Below are positions 33,677 to 44,781 of a DNA stretch of 64,000 bases, one piece after another. Both the position numbers and the translations under genes were made by a program. Within the stretch, counting starts at the first letter, position 1. The number at the start of each line of letters is the position of its first letter. Location of the stretch: assembly GCA_035524075.1 (NCBI GenBank), contig DATKPP010000069.1, positions 3,414-67,413 on the forward strand, given 5' to 3'. A model generated the notes under the pieces. That model saw nothing but the letters and a program-made list of their open reading frames with translations. It made no database searches and was not told where the DNA came from. The stretch is from Steroidobacteraceae bacterium. GTDB taxonomy: Bacteria; Pseudomonadota; Gammaproteobacteria; Steroidobacterales; Steroidobacteraceae.

Positions 33677-35008
33677 TCAGATCTCGGCGATCGTGCCGGT
33701 GCTATCGCCGAGCTTCTCGATCGGCATCCCGATGCGCTGCATGAGCGTCAGCCACACGTTCGCAAGCGGCGTGTGCTCCGGATACTTCAAGTGCTGGCCG
33801 CCTTTGATCGCTCCACAGCCGCCCCCCACGATCGCGGTCGGCAACGGGTACTGATTGTGCGCGTTGCTGTTGGCCATGTTGCTCCCGTACACGATGATCG
33901 AATGATCGAGCATCGAGCCGTCCCCATCGGCAGTGGCGGCCAGGCGCTTGAGGAAGGCCGCAAGCTTCTGTGAGTGATACGTCTGGATCTTCACGAGCTT
34001 GGCGATCTTCACCGGGTCGCCCTGGTGGTGCGAGACGGGGTGGAAGGCATCCGGCACACCGATGAACGGATAGGTCATGTTGCTCACCTCGGCCGCCATC
34101 ATCATCGTGGCAATGCGGGTGAGATGCGCCTGGAATGCGAGCGCGATCAGGTCGAAGATCAGCGCCTGCTGCTCGGGGAAGCGATCGGGAATACCGATTG
34201 GAGCTGCGGGCAGCTTGAGCTGGGAGAGGTCCTGATGCTCCATCTTCTGCATGCGCCGCTCGATCTCGCGCACGCTGTCGAGGTAGTCGGCCAGCACCGC
34301 CTGATCGCGCGGTCCGAGCCGTGTCTTGAGGGAGGCGGCATCCTCGCTCACCATGTCAAGGATGCTGTCGTACTGCTGACCGAGCGCCCTGCGCTCCTCG
34401 GGCGTATCGCCGCGGCCAAACAGCCTTTGAAAGACCGTCCGTGGGTTGTACTCCATCGGTAGCGGCATCGTCGGCTTACGGAAGGCGATCGTTCCGGAGT
34501 AGCTGCATCCGTAGGCTCGGTCGCAGGATCCACCACCGCCCGCGCCCTCGGTCTTCACCTCGAGCGAAGGAAGCGGTGTGTCCTGGCCGATGTGCTGCGC
34601 CGCCATCTGATCGATCGTAACCCCGCCATAGGGGTCCTGGCTCTCGCGCGGATGCACGCAGGAGAGCCACGTGCCCGGAACGATCGCATGCACGGCGGCG
34701 CTCTCGGCGGGCTTGTTGCCGAGGTTCGTCACGACGATCAGCTGCTTCTGGAAGGGCTCGAGCGGCTGCAGGATCGTCGAGAGCTTGAACTCGCGGTCGA
34801 TCCCCTGCGGGGTCCACTGATCGTTGTCGGGGAACATGATGGCCCCGTGCGGGAAGTAGACGAAGGCGAGCTTCATCTGCGGTGCCGCTGCCGTCTTGGC
34901 GAGCGCCGTCCCGGCGGGGACCATCGCATCGAGCAATGGCAACGCCACGGACGCGCCGACTCCGCGCAACACGGTTCGCCTGGAGATGTGCTTCTTGCTG
35001 ATGAACAT
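33677..35008 (-). CDS. DUF1552-type protein with twin-arginine signal (cassette 1)
   Basis: N-terminus MFISKKHISRRTVLRGVGASVALPLLDAMVP is the signature start of proteins annotated DUF1552. 443 aa. Confidence 0.75.
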   Translation of the reverse strand: MFISKKHISRRTVLRGVGASVALPLLDAMVPAGTALAKTAAAPQMKLAFVYFPHGAIMFPDNDQWTPQGIDREFKLSTILQPLEPFQKQLIVVTNLGNKPAESAAVHAIVPGTWLSCVHPRESQDPYGGVTIDQMAAQHIGQDTPLPSLEVKTEGAGGGGSCDRAYGCSYSGTIAFRKPTMPLPMEYNPRTVFQRLFGRGDTPEERRALGQQYDSILDMVSEDAASLKTRLGPRDQAVLADYLDSVREIERRMQKMEHQDLSQLKLPAAPIGIPDRFPEQQALIFDLIALAFQAHLTRIATMMMAAEVSNMTYPFIGVPDAFHPVSHHQGDPVKIAKLVKIQTYHSQKLAAFLKRLAATADGDGSMLDHSIIVYGSNMANSNAHNQYPLPTAIVGGGCGAIKGGQHLKYPEHTPLANVWLTLMQRIGMPIEKLGDSTGTIAEI

Positions 35009-35035
35009 CTTGGTCAGTCCTCGCCTGCCCCACGC

Positions 35036-37489
35036 TCAGTTGGGCTTACCCGCCTGAGGTATCGCAGCTTGGGTGGTCATCAAATCCGGTCGATCGTTGC
35101 CGGCGCCCGGCATGCGCTTCATCTCGAACTGCGGGCTCTCGATGATGCCGAGCACGATCGAGGAGAAGCGATACTGGTCCTGCGCGGCGGTGCGCACGAT
35201 GGCCCGTACGGTGGGCATGTCGTGGTAGTCGAGCGTGCGTCCGAGCGCGAACGTCATCAGCTTCTCGGTGAGAGTCTGGACGAAGCGCTCCGGGTTTCTC
35301 ATCAGCGCGCTGCGCAGATCATCCGGTCCTTTCACCTCACTGCCATCCGCCATCTGCCCCGTCGCATCGATCGGAAGTCCCGCGTCGCGGTCCTTCCACT
35401 GCCACTGCCCCATGGCATCGAAATTCTCGAGCGACAGCCCGATCGGATCCATGATCCCGTGGCAGGCGTTGCAGGAGGGCTGACGCCGGTGCATCACCAT
35501 GCGCTCGCGAATGGTCAGCTGAGCGGCGCCGGGCACATTCTCCTTCAGTGCCGGCACGGCAGGGGGCGGAGCATGCGGCGGAGTCCCGGTGATCACATCG
35601 AGCACCCACGCGCCGCGCAGCACGGGCGCCGTGCGGTTGGCGTACGAGGTCCCCATCAGAAGTGCGCCCTTGCCGAGCAGCCCATCGCGCCTGGAGTCGG
35701 GCAGCAGGACGCGCCGGAACTGCGCCCCCTGCACGTTCGGGATGCCGTATGCCAGCGCGAGCCGCTCGTTGACATAAGTCCAGTCTGCGGTCATCAGCTT
35801 GCGCACGTCGAGGTCGGCCAGGAGCACACTGTCGAGAAACAGACGCATCTCCTCGCGATAAGCCGAGCGCAGGTCCTCGTCGAACTCGGGATACTCGACC
35901 GGGTCGGGCTCGATCTTGTCCATGCTGTCCACCTCGAGCCACTGGAACGCAAAGTTCGTGACCAGCGATTCGGCGCGCGGATCGGTCAGCATGCGATGCA
36001 CCTCCCGCTCGAGCACGCCGGGATCGTGCAGCTTCCCGGCCGTGGCGAGCTTGAGAAGCTCGTCGTCCGGTCCCTCGCTCCAGAGGAAGAACGACAGACG
36101 CGAGGCCAGGTCGAGATCGCTGATCCGATAGATCCCGCCGACCTTGACCGCCGGCGGCGTGAGCTCAGCGCGGTACAGGAACTTGGGACTGCAGAGGATC
36201 GCGACGATGGCGCTCTGGATGCCTGCATCGAAGGTCTTGCCCTGGCGCCCGGCCGCGAAGAAGCGCATCGGAGCGGCAAGATCCGCATCGGTCACCGCGC
36301 GGCGGTACGCGGTGCGTGCGATCCTGCCGAGAATCTGTCGTGCGCAGGGCTCCTCATCCGCCGGTCCGCCGGGCTCGCAGACGAAGATCTTCCGTCGGCT
36401 GGGGGTCTCGCTGATGCCGCTGGGGTCGTACGGCCCCGTGATCTGCAGCCCGCCGATCCGCGCAATCCGATCCTCCCCGCCGCGCACGTTGTAGGGAAAG
36501 AGCGATTCGTCGGATTCGGCAAAGGTTCGCGCGATGAACGCCACGCCGACACGGTGAGGCCCGGCGGGAACGTGCACGCGGATGTGCTCGAAGCGCGCCT
36601 TGAGGTCCTTGGCGGAGTCGATCGGGTGCTGATCGGCCTCCTTGAGATCCTTCTCGCCACCGAGGGAGCGCTCGAAGACGCTCTGGTCGTCGATGGTCAG
36701 CACGACATCCTGCGGCTGATCGAGACCCACGATGTAGCCCACTCCGCTGAACACGTTCAGATCGAAATCGTAGTCCCCATCGGCGGGAAAATAATGCGTG
36801 ACCACCATGCCCCCGCGGGTTCCAAGGGGCAGGCCCTCGATGTGGAAAGCCTGGTCCTCCTTGCCGGCGCGATACACCGCGATGGCCTTGGGGGGATGCG
36901 GGTTGCCGATGGCGAGCTCGGCGATCGTGCGGGCCGCAGAGATGTATTGATCGAGGAAGGTCGGCGACACCTTCAAAACATCGGCGATGTTGTCGAAGTC
37001 ATCGCTCTTGGTCTCCTTGGGCAGCAGGGACGAAACGTCGAACGTCACATCCAGCATCTGCTCGACCGAGCGCGCGTACTCCGTACGGTTCAGACGATGC
37101 AGCACGACGTAGCCGGGGTCCGGGTGCATGGCGGCTGCGGCATCCAGATGGCCCTCCATCCAACGCAGGAAGGCATCCACCGTCGCCTGTGCCGGCTGCT
37201 TCTGGCCCGGCGGCGGCATCATGCGCCCGCTGAGCTTGGTGACCGCTGCCTCCCAGATCTTGGCATCGCCGGGGATGTCCCCCGGCTGCATCGTCCCGAA
37301 GGCGATGCCGCCCGCCCAGTCATCCGTGTTGTGACATTTCTCGCAGTAGGCGTTCAGCATGTGCCAGTAGGGCTTGGCCTGCGCGTCGGTCGCAGCCCCC
37401 GGCGGCAGCGGCGCGGAGTTGCCCGCGAAAGCCCCTGCGGGGATCGAGGCCACAGCGAGCGCTGCAGCCGCAAGGAGATGACGTCCCAC
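35036..37489 (-). CDS. DUF1592/DUF1588/DUF1585-type di-haem c protein (cassette 1)
   Basis: GTG 37489 overlaps the upstream TAG by 1 nt. Signal peptide GRHLLAAAALAVASIPAGAFA. Haem motifs YCEKCHNTDDWAGGIAF (37331-37345) and SCNACHGIMDPIGLSLENFD (35459-35473). The track ORF extends to 37792, overlapping the MBL gene. Confidence 0.75.
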   Translation of the reverse strand: MGRHLLAAAALAVASIPAGAFAGNSAPLPPGAATDAQAKPYWHMLNAYCEKCHNTDDWAGGIAFGTMQPGDIPGDAKIWEAAVTKLSGRMMPPPGQKQPAQATVDAFLRWMEGHLDAAAAMHPDPGYVVLHRLNRTEYARSVEQMLDVTFDVSSLLPKETKSDDFDNIADVLKVSPTFLDQYISAARTIAELAIGNPHPPKAIAVYRAGKEDQAFHIEGLPLGTRGGMVVTHYFPADGDYDFDLNVFSGVGYIVGLDQPQDVVLTIDDQSVFERSLGGEKDLKEADQHPIDSAKDLKARFEHIRVHVPAGPHRVGVAFIARTFAESDESLFPYNVRGGEDRIARIGGLQITGPYDPSGISETPSRRKIFVCEPGGPADEEPCARQILGRIARTAYRRAVTDADLAAPMRFFAAGRQGKTFDAGIQSAIVAILCSPKFLYRAELTPPAVKVGGIYRISDLDLASRLSFFLWSEGPDDELLKLATAGKLHDPGVLEREVHRMLTDPRAESLVTNFAFQWLEVDSMDKIEPDPVEYPEFDEDLRSAYREEMRLFLDSVLLADLDVRKLMTADWTYVNERLALAYGIPNVQGAQFRRVLLPDSRRDGLLGKGALLMGTSYANRTAPVLRGAWVLDVITGTPPHAPPPAVPALKENVPGAAQLTIRERMVMHRRQPSCNACHGIMDPIGLSLENFDAMGQWQWKDRDAGLPIDATGQMADGSEVKGPDDLRSALMRNPERFVQTLTEKLMTFALGRTLDYHDMPTVRAIVRTAAQDQYRFSSIVLGIIESPQFEMKRMPGAGNDRPDLMTTQAAIPQAGKPN

Positions 37490-38469
37490 TAGACCACTCC
37501 TCGCATCTCGCGCACGTGTGCGTAGAGCCCACGATAGGTGTTCTCGACGAAGAGGCTCGGACTTCCCCACGCGGGATCGAACTTGCGGGTCGCCCCTGCA
37601 GCGATCATGTCGTCCGCGCCGTAGCCCTTGCGCATCAGCTGCCAGAGATTTTCCTTGAGCGTGGCCAGCATCTCGTGCTCGGCTGCCAGCGCCGCGCGCG
37701 TCTGAACCGGTCCAACCCCGGGCACGATTCGCGTCTTGTCGTCGCTGATCTCGAGAAGCTTCTGCGTAGCATCGGCCATGCCGCCGATCCATCCGCCCGT
37801 GCAGTAATCGAGGATCGGGTATTGCCCGACCGAAAGCACGCAGCCGGCGACGAGCACATTCCGTTCACGCAAATGCACGTAGATGTCTCCGTCGGTGTGA
37901 GCCTGCGGAAGGTAGCCGTACTGGATGGTTTCCCCGCCGAAAGTCAGCGTACGTTCGCCGCCGTAGAAGGTCTCGGTGGGCCAAGCCTCGCGTGGACGAG
38001 GCTCGTAGGTTCGGTTCTGCCATTCTTCCCAGATCCGTGCGCCGAGCCACAGGCGGGTGTTCTCGTGCGCGATGATGCGAGCGCCGCTCTTGCGCACGAG
38101 ATCGTTGCCACCCGTGTGCTCCCAGTGCCAGTGGGTGTTGAAGAGGGTATCGATGCGCCGCCCGCCAGGCAGGTCCGAAACAGTGCGCAGCAGATCGTGC
38201 GCGCGATCCGGTGAGCCCGAATCGATGAGCAGCACGCCCTCGGGGCCGCTCAACGCGACGACATTCCCCCCCGCACCCGACACGATGGCCAGGTGATCAT
38301 CAAGAGCCGTGACCGCCAGGCGTCCGGAGCGCGTGCCGGGCCGAGCTGTCTGCACCGGGAGCGTGTCGGGATTGGAGCGTGCGTGGGCCGCTCGGCTGAG
38401 CCACGCAGATGCCGCAAGGCCGCTGGCCCCGCCCACGAGAGTCTTGAGAAACTTCCTGCGGCCCGACAT
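37489..38469 (-). CDS. Tat-exported metallo-beta-lactamase-fold protein (cassette 1)
   Basis: MSGRRKFLKTLVGGASGLAASAWLSRAAHA Tat signal. MBL motif variant THWHWEHTGGN (38116-38133 encodes HWHWEH). Later motif AHTDGD. Confidence 0.8.
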   Translation of the reverse strand: MSGRRKFLKTLVGGASGLAASAWLSRAAHARSNPDTLPVQTARPGTRSGRLAVTALDDHLAIVSGAGGNVVALSGPEGVLLIDSGSPDRAHDLLRTVSDLPGGRRIDTLFNTHWHWEHTGGNDLVRKSGARIIAHENTRLWLGARIWEEWQNRTYEPRPREAWPTETFYGGERTLTFGGETIQYGYLPQAHTDGDIYVHLRERNVLVAGCVLSVGQYPILDYCTGGWIGGMADATQKLLEISDDKTRIVPGVGPVQTRAALAAEHEMLATLKENLWQLMRKGYGADDMIAAGATRKFDPAWGSPSLFVENTYRGLYAHVREMRGVV

Positions 38470-38544
38470 CTCCTGCCTCGCCCGCTACCAAACCTCCTGC
38501 TTTTCAGGGGTTTTCACCGCGACGGGTAACATATGCGCCCCAAC

Positions 38545-38565
38545 CGGTCAACGCACCAGTCTCGG
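38545..38565 (-). promoter_or_regulatory. Candidate shared cis-element upstream of cassette 1 (CCGAGAC-N5-CGTTGACCG on the operon strand)
   Basis: Plus strand cggtcaacg-cacca-gtctcgg, 76-96 nt upstream of the MBL start. The same two blocks occur at 47472..47490. The reverse complement contains a TTGACC -35-like hexamer. Confidence 0.25.
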
Positions 38566-38708
38566 GGGGCAGTTCCCGCAGGATCAAGTGCACGCTGCGC
38601 ATTACGGGCATGCCTGTGTCGCGGAGGAGCCCGCTTCGCTAAGATGCCGCAGCTGCGCCGCAGTGAGCTTGGCGCGCTCCACCGCTTGACATCACCGGGG
38701 AATCATTG

Positions 38709-40049
38709 ATGCCGGAGGCTGCCGCCGTTGGCTCCTCAGCGATCAGCCGCTCGCAGTGGCGCACGATCGTGCTCTCGAGCTTGGGCGGTGCGCTCGAGTT
38801 CTACGACTTCGTCATCTACAGCACGTTCGCCCAGTACATCGGGGATGCGTTCTTCGCCCCGGCGAAGAGCCCCCTCGTCGGCTTGATGCTCTCCTACTCG
38901 GTGTTCGCGCTGGGATACGTGCCGCGTCTGGTGGGCGGCATCATCTTCAGCCATTTCGGCGACAAGTACGGCCGCCGCCGCGTCTTCATCTTCTCGATCC
39001 TCATGATGTCCTCGGCCACGCTTGCGCTGGGGCTGCTGCCGAGCTACGCCCGATGGGGCACCGGGGCCACCGCCGGAGTGATCATCCTGAGGCTCATCCA
39101 GGGGTTCTCGCTCGGGGGGGAGCTTCCCGGCGCGATCACTTATGTCGTGGAGACCGCTCCGCAGCGCGCGGGCTTCTCCTCGGGCTTCATCTTCTTCTGT
39201 GTCAACACCGGCGTCGCCCTCGCCTCCGCGGTGGGCTTCGCGGTCGTGAAGCTGCTCGATCCGGTGCAAGTGGCGCAGTGGGGATGGCGGATTGGATTCC
39301 TGGTGGGCGGGCTTCTCGGGCTCGTGAGCTTCTGGCTCAGGCTATCCCTCTCGGAGACCGAGGAGTTCAAGAAGCTGCGTCACAAGGCCTCGAGACACCC
39401 CATTGTCGATCTCCTGCGCACCGCACCCGCCGCAACCGTCTTTGCGGTCGCGGCCATGGTCGCGAGCGCCGGATTCAATGGTCTGCTCTTCGCGATGCCA
39501 ACCTTCATGCAGCGTGTAATGCACCGCACCTACCTCGAGGGGATCGAGGCACAGAACATCGGATTGCTCGTCCTGTCTTTCTGCATGCTCCTCACGGCGT
39601 GGCTGAGCGATCGGATCCCCCGGCGCTGGATCCTGGCAGCCGGGGCGGCGCTGCTCGCCGCGTTCTCCTTCCCCTTCTTCGATGCCGCGGCGGGGCACAT
39701 GGTCCGGCTCATTCCGATCTTCATCGGCGCCGGACTGGCCGCCTCGCTCTGCAACGGCCCCATGGCCGGGATCGTCGCGGACCTCTTCCCGACGCGCATC
39801 CGCTTCAGCGGCGTCGCCGTCTCGTTCAATCTCGCTTTTTCCTTATTCAGCGGCACGGCCCCCCTGATCGCGACCGTCCTGGTCAGCAGCACGGGCTCGC
39901 CCACCGGACCGGCCTACTTCATGGTCGGCTGCGGGGTCATCACCTTCCTCGCCATGCTGTTCATCAAGCCTCACGAAGGCCGCATCCTCGGCGAGCCCGT
40001 AGAATCGACCTCCAGCGTGGCTGCGGCGCGATCTTTTCCGGCTCAGTGA
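38709..40049 (+). CDS. MFS transporter, metabolite:H+ symporter (MHS) family
   Basis: GGALEFYDFVIYSTFAQYIGDAFF and FGDKYGRRRVF are typical of the ProP/KgtP/ShiA-type MHS family. About 12 TM segments. Confidence 0.85.
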   Translation: MPEAAAVGSSAISRSQWRTIVLSSLGGALEFYDFVIYSTFAQYIGDAFFAPAKSPLVGLMLSYSVFALGYVPRLVGGIIFSHFGDKYGRRRVFIFSILMMSSATLALGLLPSYARWGTGATAGVIILRLIQGFSLGGELPGAITYVVETAPQRAGFSSGFIFFCVNTGVALASAVGFAVVKLLDPVQVAQWGWRIGFLVGGLLGLVSFWLRLSLSETEEFKKLRHKASRHPIVDLLRTAPAATVFAVAAMVASAGFNGLLFAMPTFMQRVMHRTYLEGIEAQNIGLLVLSFCMLLTAWLSDRIPRRWILAAGAALLAAFSFPFFDAAAGHMVRLIPIFIGAGLAASLCNGPMAGIVADLFPTRIRFSGVAVSFNLAFSLFSGTAPLIATVLVSSTGSPTGPAYFMVGCGVITFLAMLFIKPHEGRILGEPVESTSSVAAARSFPAQ

Positions 40050-40138
40050 AGATCCCTGGCCGCCCTGCGGCTTTGCACTTTGGCCGCAAGCGGGCATAGT
40101 GAGCCTCGATTGTTTCCCGTCGGGAAAGGACCCCAGAC

Positions 40139-41779
<1,641 letters not shown>

Positions 41780-41797
<18 letters not shown>

Positions 41798-43444
41798 ACG
41801 GGCCGGCCCACTTGCGACCTGCGGGCGTTGCGCCCCAGCTGCGCCCGGAGCACGCCCTCTGCCGCCGCCCGTGATCTGGGAGCGCTGGGCTCCACCGACG
41901 CCGATCTGCCGGTGCGAGAGGTCCTCGGCAAAGATGAGCGGCGGATGGCCCGTCTTTGCAACGATGAACTGCGTGAGCAGCTTGATGGTGTCGGTCTTGG
42001 GCGTCGGCTGTGGCTCGAGGAAGGCGCGAATGTAGTTGCCTCGCGCGTAGTCGATGGGGCGCAGGCCGATGCGATCCGTCGCCTGCAGATCCGCACCGTC
42101 GGCGACGAGCAGCTTGACGGTGTCGTTCCAGCCCTGTTTCGCCGCGCTGTGCAACGCAGTCAGCCCGTCATCGGCATGGTCGGTGATGGTGCCGCCGGCC
42201 GCGCGCAGCAACCGTACGCACTGCGCGGCCTGCTCGTCCGTCTTGTAGCGGCCTCGGGTCGGGTTGAAGCTCTGCCCCATCCCTGCGGCGGCCATGAGAG
42301 GTGTCACGCCCTCGGCGTTCGGCAAATTCACCAGCGCGTGGTACTTGAGGAGGAGCTTCACGGAGTCGACGTCCCCCACCTTCGCGGCCAGCAGCAGCGC
42401 CGTTGCACCCGTCGAGAGCACCTGATCACCGCCGCGGTCAAACACACCGTTGCGGTAGGGGGGACGCAGCTTCAGCTGCAGGTTGGGATCGGCACCCTTG
42501 GCCAGCAGCAGCTCGGCGATCTGATACCCGGTCGTGTCGTCCGTGGAGGGCAGATCCGGCCGGCCCCCCGTCGGCAAAGTATTCATATCGATCGCGACAT
42601 AGAGCGGGGTGTCGCCGAAGACATCCCATCGATTCACGTCCGCGCCTGCGGAGATCAGGTACTTCGCCAGATCGAAGTGCATGTTCATCAGCGCAACCAC
42701 GAGCGGAGTGGTGTCGTCCGGGTCGAGCGAGTTGATGTCCGCGCCTGCCTCGACCAGATACCGCGCACACGCGATGCAGTTCTCACGCGCCGCGAAGTGC
42801 AGCGCCGTGAGACCGCCGACGTTCATGATCTTGGGCCGCCCCTCGGCCGTCACGCGTCGCTGCCAGTCGCGAACCACCGAGCGGACGTTCAGCTGAGCTC
42901 CGTGGGAGATCAGCAGCTTCACCATCTCCGGCTGCCGCTGGGCGGCTGCCCACATGAGCGCCGTCTGCCCGCCCCAGCTCTCCACTGCGTTGACGTTGGC
43001 ACCGTGACTGAGCAGCAGCTTCGCGGCCTCGACGTCGCCGGTGCGGGCGACGACCATCAGTGCCGTTTGTCCCTCGGGATTCGGCGAGTTCACATCGGCG
43101 CCGGCGTCGAGCAGCATCTTGAGGATGGGCGTGTTCGGCGTGACGGCCGCTTCCTGCATCGAGGAGTCGCCGTAATCGTTCATCGCGGACACATCGGCGC
43201 CCTTGCGAATGAGTGCCTGCGCCAGCGCCGCATCGCCGTTGTAGACGGCCCACATCAACGCGGTGGTGCCATCCGAGGAGCGAGCACGCACGTCGGCACG
43301 TTGCCCGAGCAGCGTCATCGCCCCCGAGTGATTGTTCGCCTTGGCTGCCTCGATGAGCGATGCGGAAGCATCCTGCGCGCGCGCGACGGCAAAACTCGCC
43401 GTGCCGAGCACGCTCGCGAGCAGCACGAGGAGGAAACGGCGCAT
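41780..43444 (-). CDS. Exported ankyrin-repeat protein (cassette 2)
   Basis: ATG 43444 (MRRFLLVLLASVLGTASFAVARAQ signal), 11 nt after the upstream stop. Collinear with the cassette-1 ankyrin protein. The 3' end overlaps the aceB 3' end by 18 nt. Confidence 0.85.
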
Positions 43445-43455
43445 GGTGGTTCCCT

Positions 43456-44775
43456 TCAGATCTCGGAGAGCTCGCCCGTGCTGTCGCCGTGCGACTTCGC
43501 GGGAACCCCAACACGGTGCAGCATCGTCAGGAGAAGGTTGGCGTGGGGGGTATCCTGAGGGTAGTGCACGTGCTGGCCGCCCTTGACCGCGCCGCAACAC
43601 TTCCCCAACAGCACCTGCGGCAGCGGATCGTGGTTATGCATGTCGCTGTTGGCCATGTCGCTTCCGTAGAGGATCAGCGCGTGATCGAGCAGCGTGCCGT
43701 CGCCGTCCTTGGTCTGCGATAGCTGCTTCACGAAGCGCGCAAACGCCTCGGTCAGGTAGTGCTGCAGCCGCGTGAGCTTGGCGAGCTTGTCCGGGTCGTT
43801 GCCGTGATGCGAAAGCGGGTGCCAGGCATCGGTGATCCCGAGGTTCGGGAAGGTGCGCATGCTGACCTCCCGCGCCATCATGAAGGTCGAGACGTGCGTC
43901 ATGTTCGCCTGCCAGGAAAGCGCCATCATGCTGAACATGAGGTCGAGCATCTTCGCATAGTCTTGCGGGATGCCTTCCGGCGCGTTCGGCAGCTTCATGC
44001 CCGTACCGGATGCGAACTTCGCCTCCATTCCCCGGACTCGCCGCTCGATCTCCCGCACCGAATCGAGATAGTCACTGACCATGCGCCGGTCGGAGGCACC
44101 GAGCGTGCGCTGCAGATCGCTCGCGCTCGTCCTGACGAAATCGAGAATGCTGCCGTCCTCTCGCAGGATTGCCGCACGCTCCTGCGCCGTATCGCCCTCG
44201 CCGAACAGATTGGTGAACACGGTGCGAGGGTCCTGCTCCATCGGCAGAGGCTGCGAGCCGGTGCGGAAGGCGATGGTGCCTGAATAGCCGCACCCGAAAT
44301 CCGGATCGCACGCACCGCCGCCGCCCTCCCCCGCGAGCTCGAGCGAGATGAGCGGAGTGGCTCTGGAGAGCAGCTTCGCGGCGACCTGGTCCACCGACGG
44401 GCCCACGGCCGGGGCTTGCTGGTGTGGCGGGTGCACCGCCGTGAGCCACGTTCCTGGTGTGATGGCATGCGGCGCCGGGCTCTCCGCAGCCTTGTTCCGC
44501 AAGCCGCTCACGACGGTCAGATGCGAGCGGAACGGCTCGAGCGGCTTCAAGATCGGCGACATCTCAAAGCTCGTGCCCGCCGTCTTGGGCTGCCAGTTGT
44601 CCTGCACGGCGCCGTGTGGAATATAGATACAGGCCATGTACGGGGTCGGCTTGGCTGGCGTATCCGCGAGCGCCGTGGCGGCTGGAACCATGGCATCCAG
44701 CAGAGGCAGACCGAGGCTTGCGCCCACGCCCCTGAGAACGGTGCGCCGCGAAAGATGCTTCTTCGTGATGAACAT
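43456..44775 (-). CDS. DUF1552-type protein with twin-arginine signal (cassette 2)
   Basis: MFITKKHLSRRTVLRGVGASLGLPLLDAMVP. Collinear with 33677..35008, sharing blocks such as GCxYSGTIAF, DYLDSVREIERR, KGGQH and HGDSTG. Confidence 0.75.
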   Translation of the reverse strand: MFITKKHLSRRTVLRGVGASLGLPLLDAMVPAATALADTPAKPTPYMACIYIPHGAVQDNWQPKTAGTSFEMSPILKPLEPFRSHLTVVSGLRNKAAESPAPHAITPGTWLTAVHPPHQQAPAVGPSVDQVAAKLLSRATPLISLELAGEGGGGACDPDFGCGYSGTIAFRTGSQPLPMEQDPRTVFTNLFGEGDTAQERAAILREDGSILDFVRTSASDLQRTLGASDRRMVSDYLDSVREIERRVRGMEAKFASGTGMKLPNAPEGIPQDYAKMLDLMFSMMALSWQANMTHVSTFMMAREVSMRTFPNLGITDAWHPLSHHGNDPDKLAKLTRLQHYLTEAFARFVKQLSQTKDGDGTLLDHALILYGSDMANSDMHNHDPLPQVLLGKCCGAVKGGQHVHYPQDTPHANLLLTMLHRVGVPAKSHGDSTGELSEI

Positions 44776-44781
44776 GGCTGG

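Noticed and set aside
34592-37492. 966-aa plus-strand ORF
   Set aside because: Antisense to the DUF1552-type and DUF1592-type genes, which have clear signals, CxxCH motifs and a paralogous copy. No motifs in this frame.
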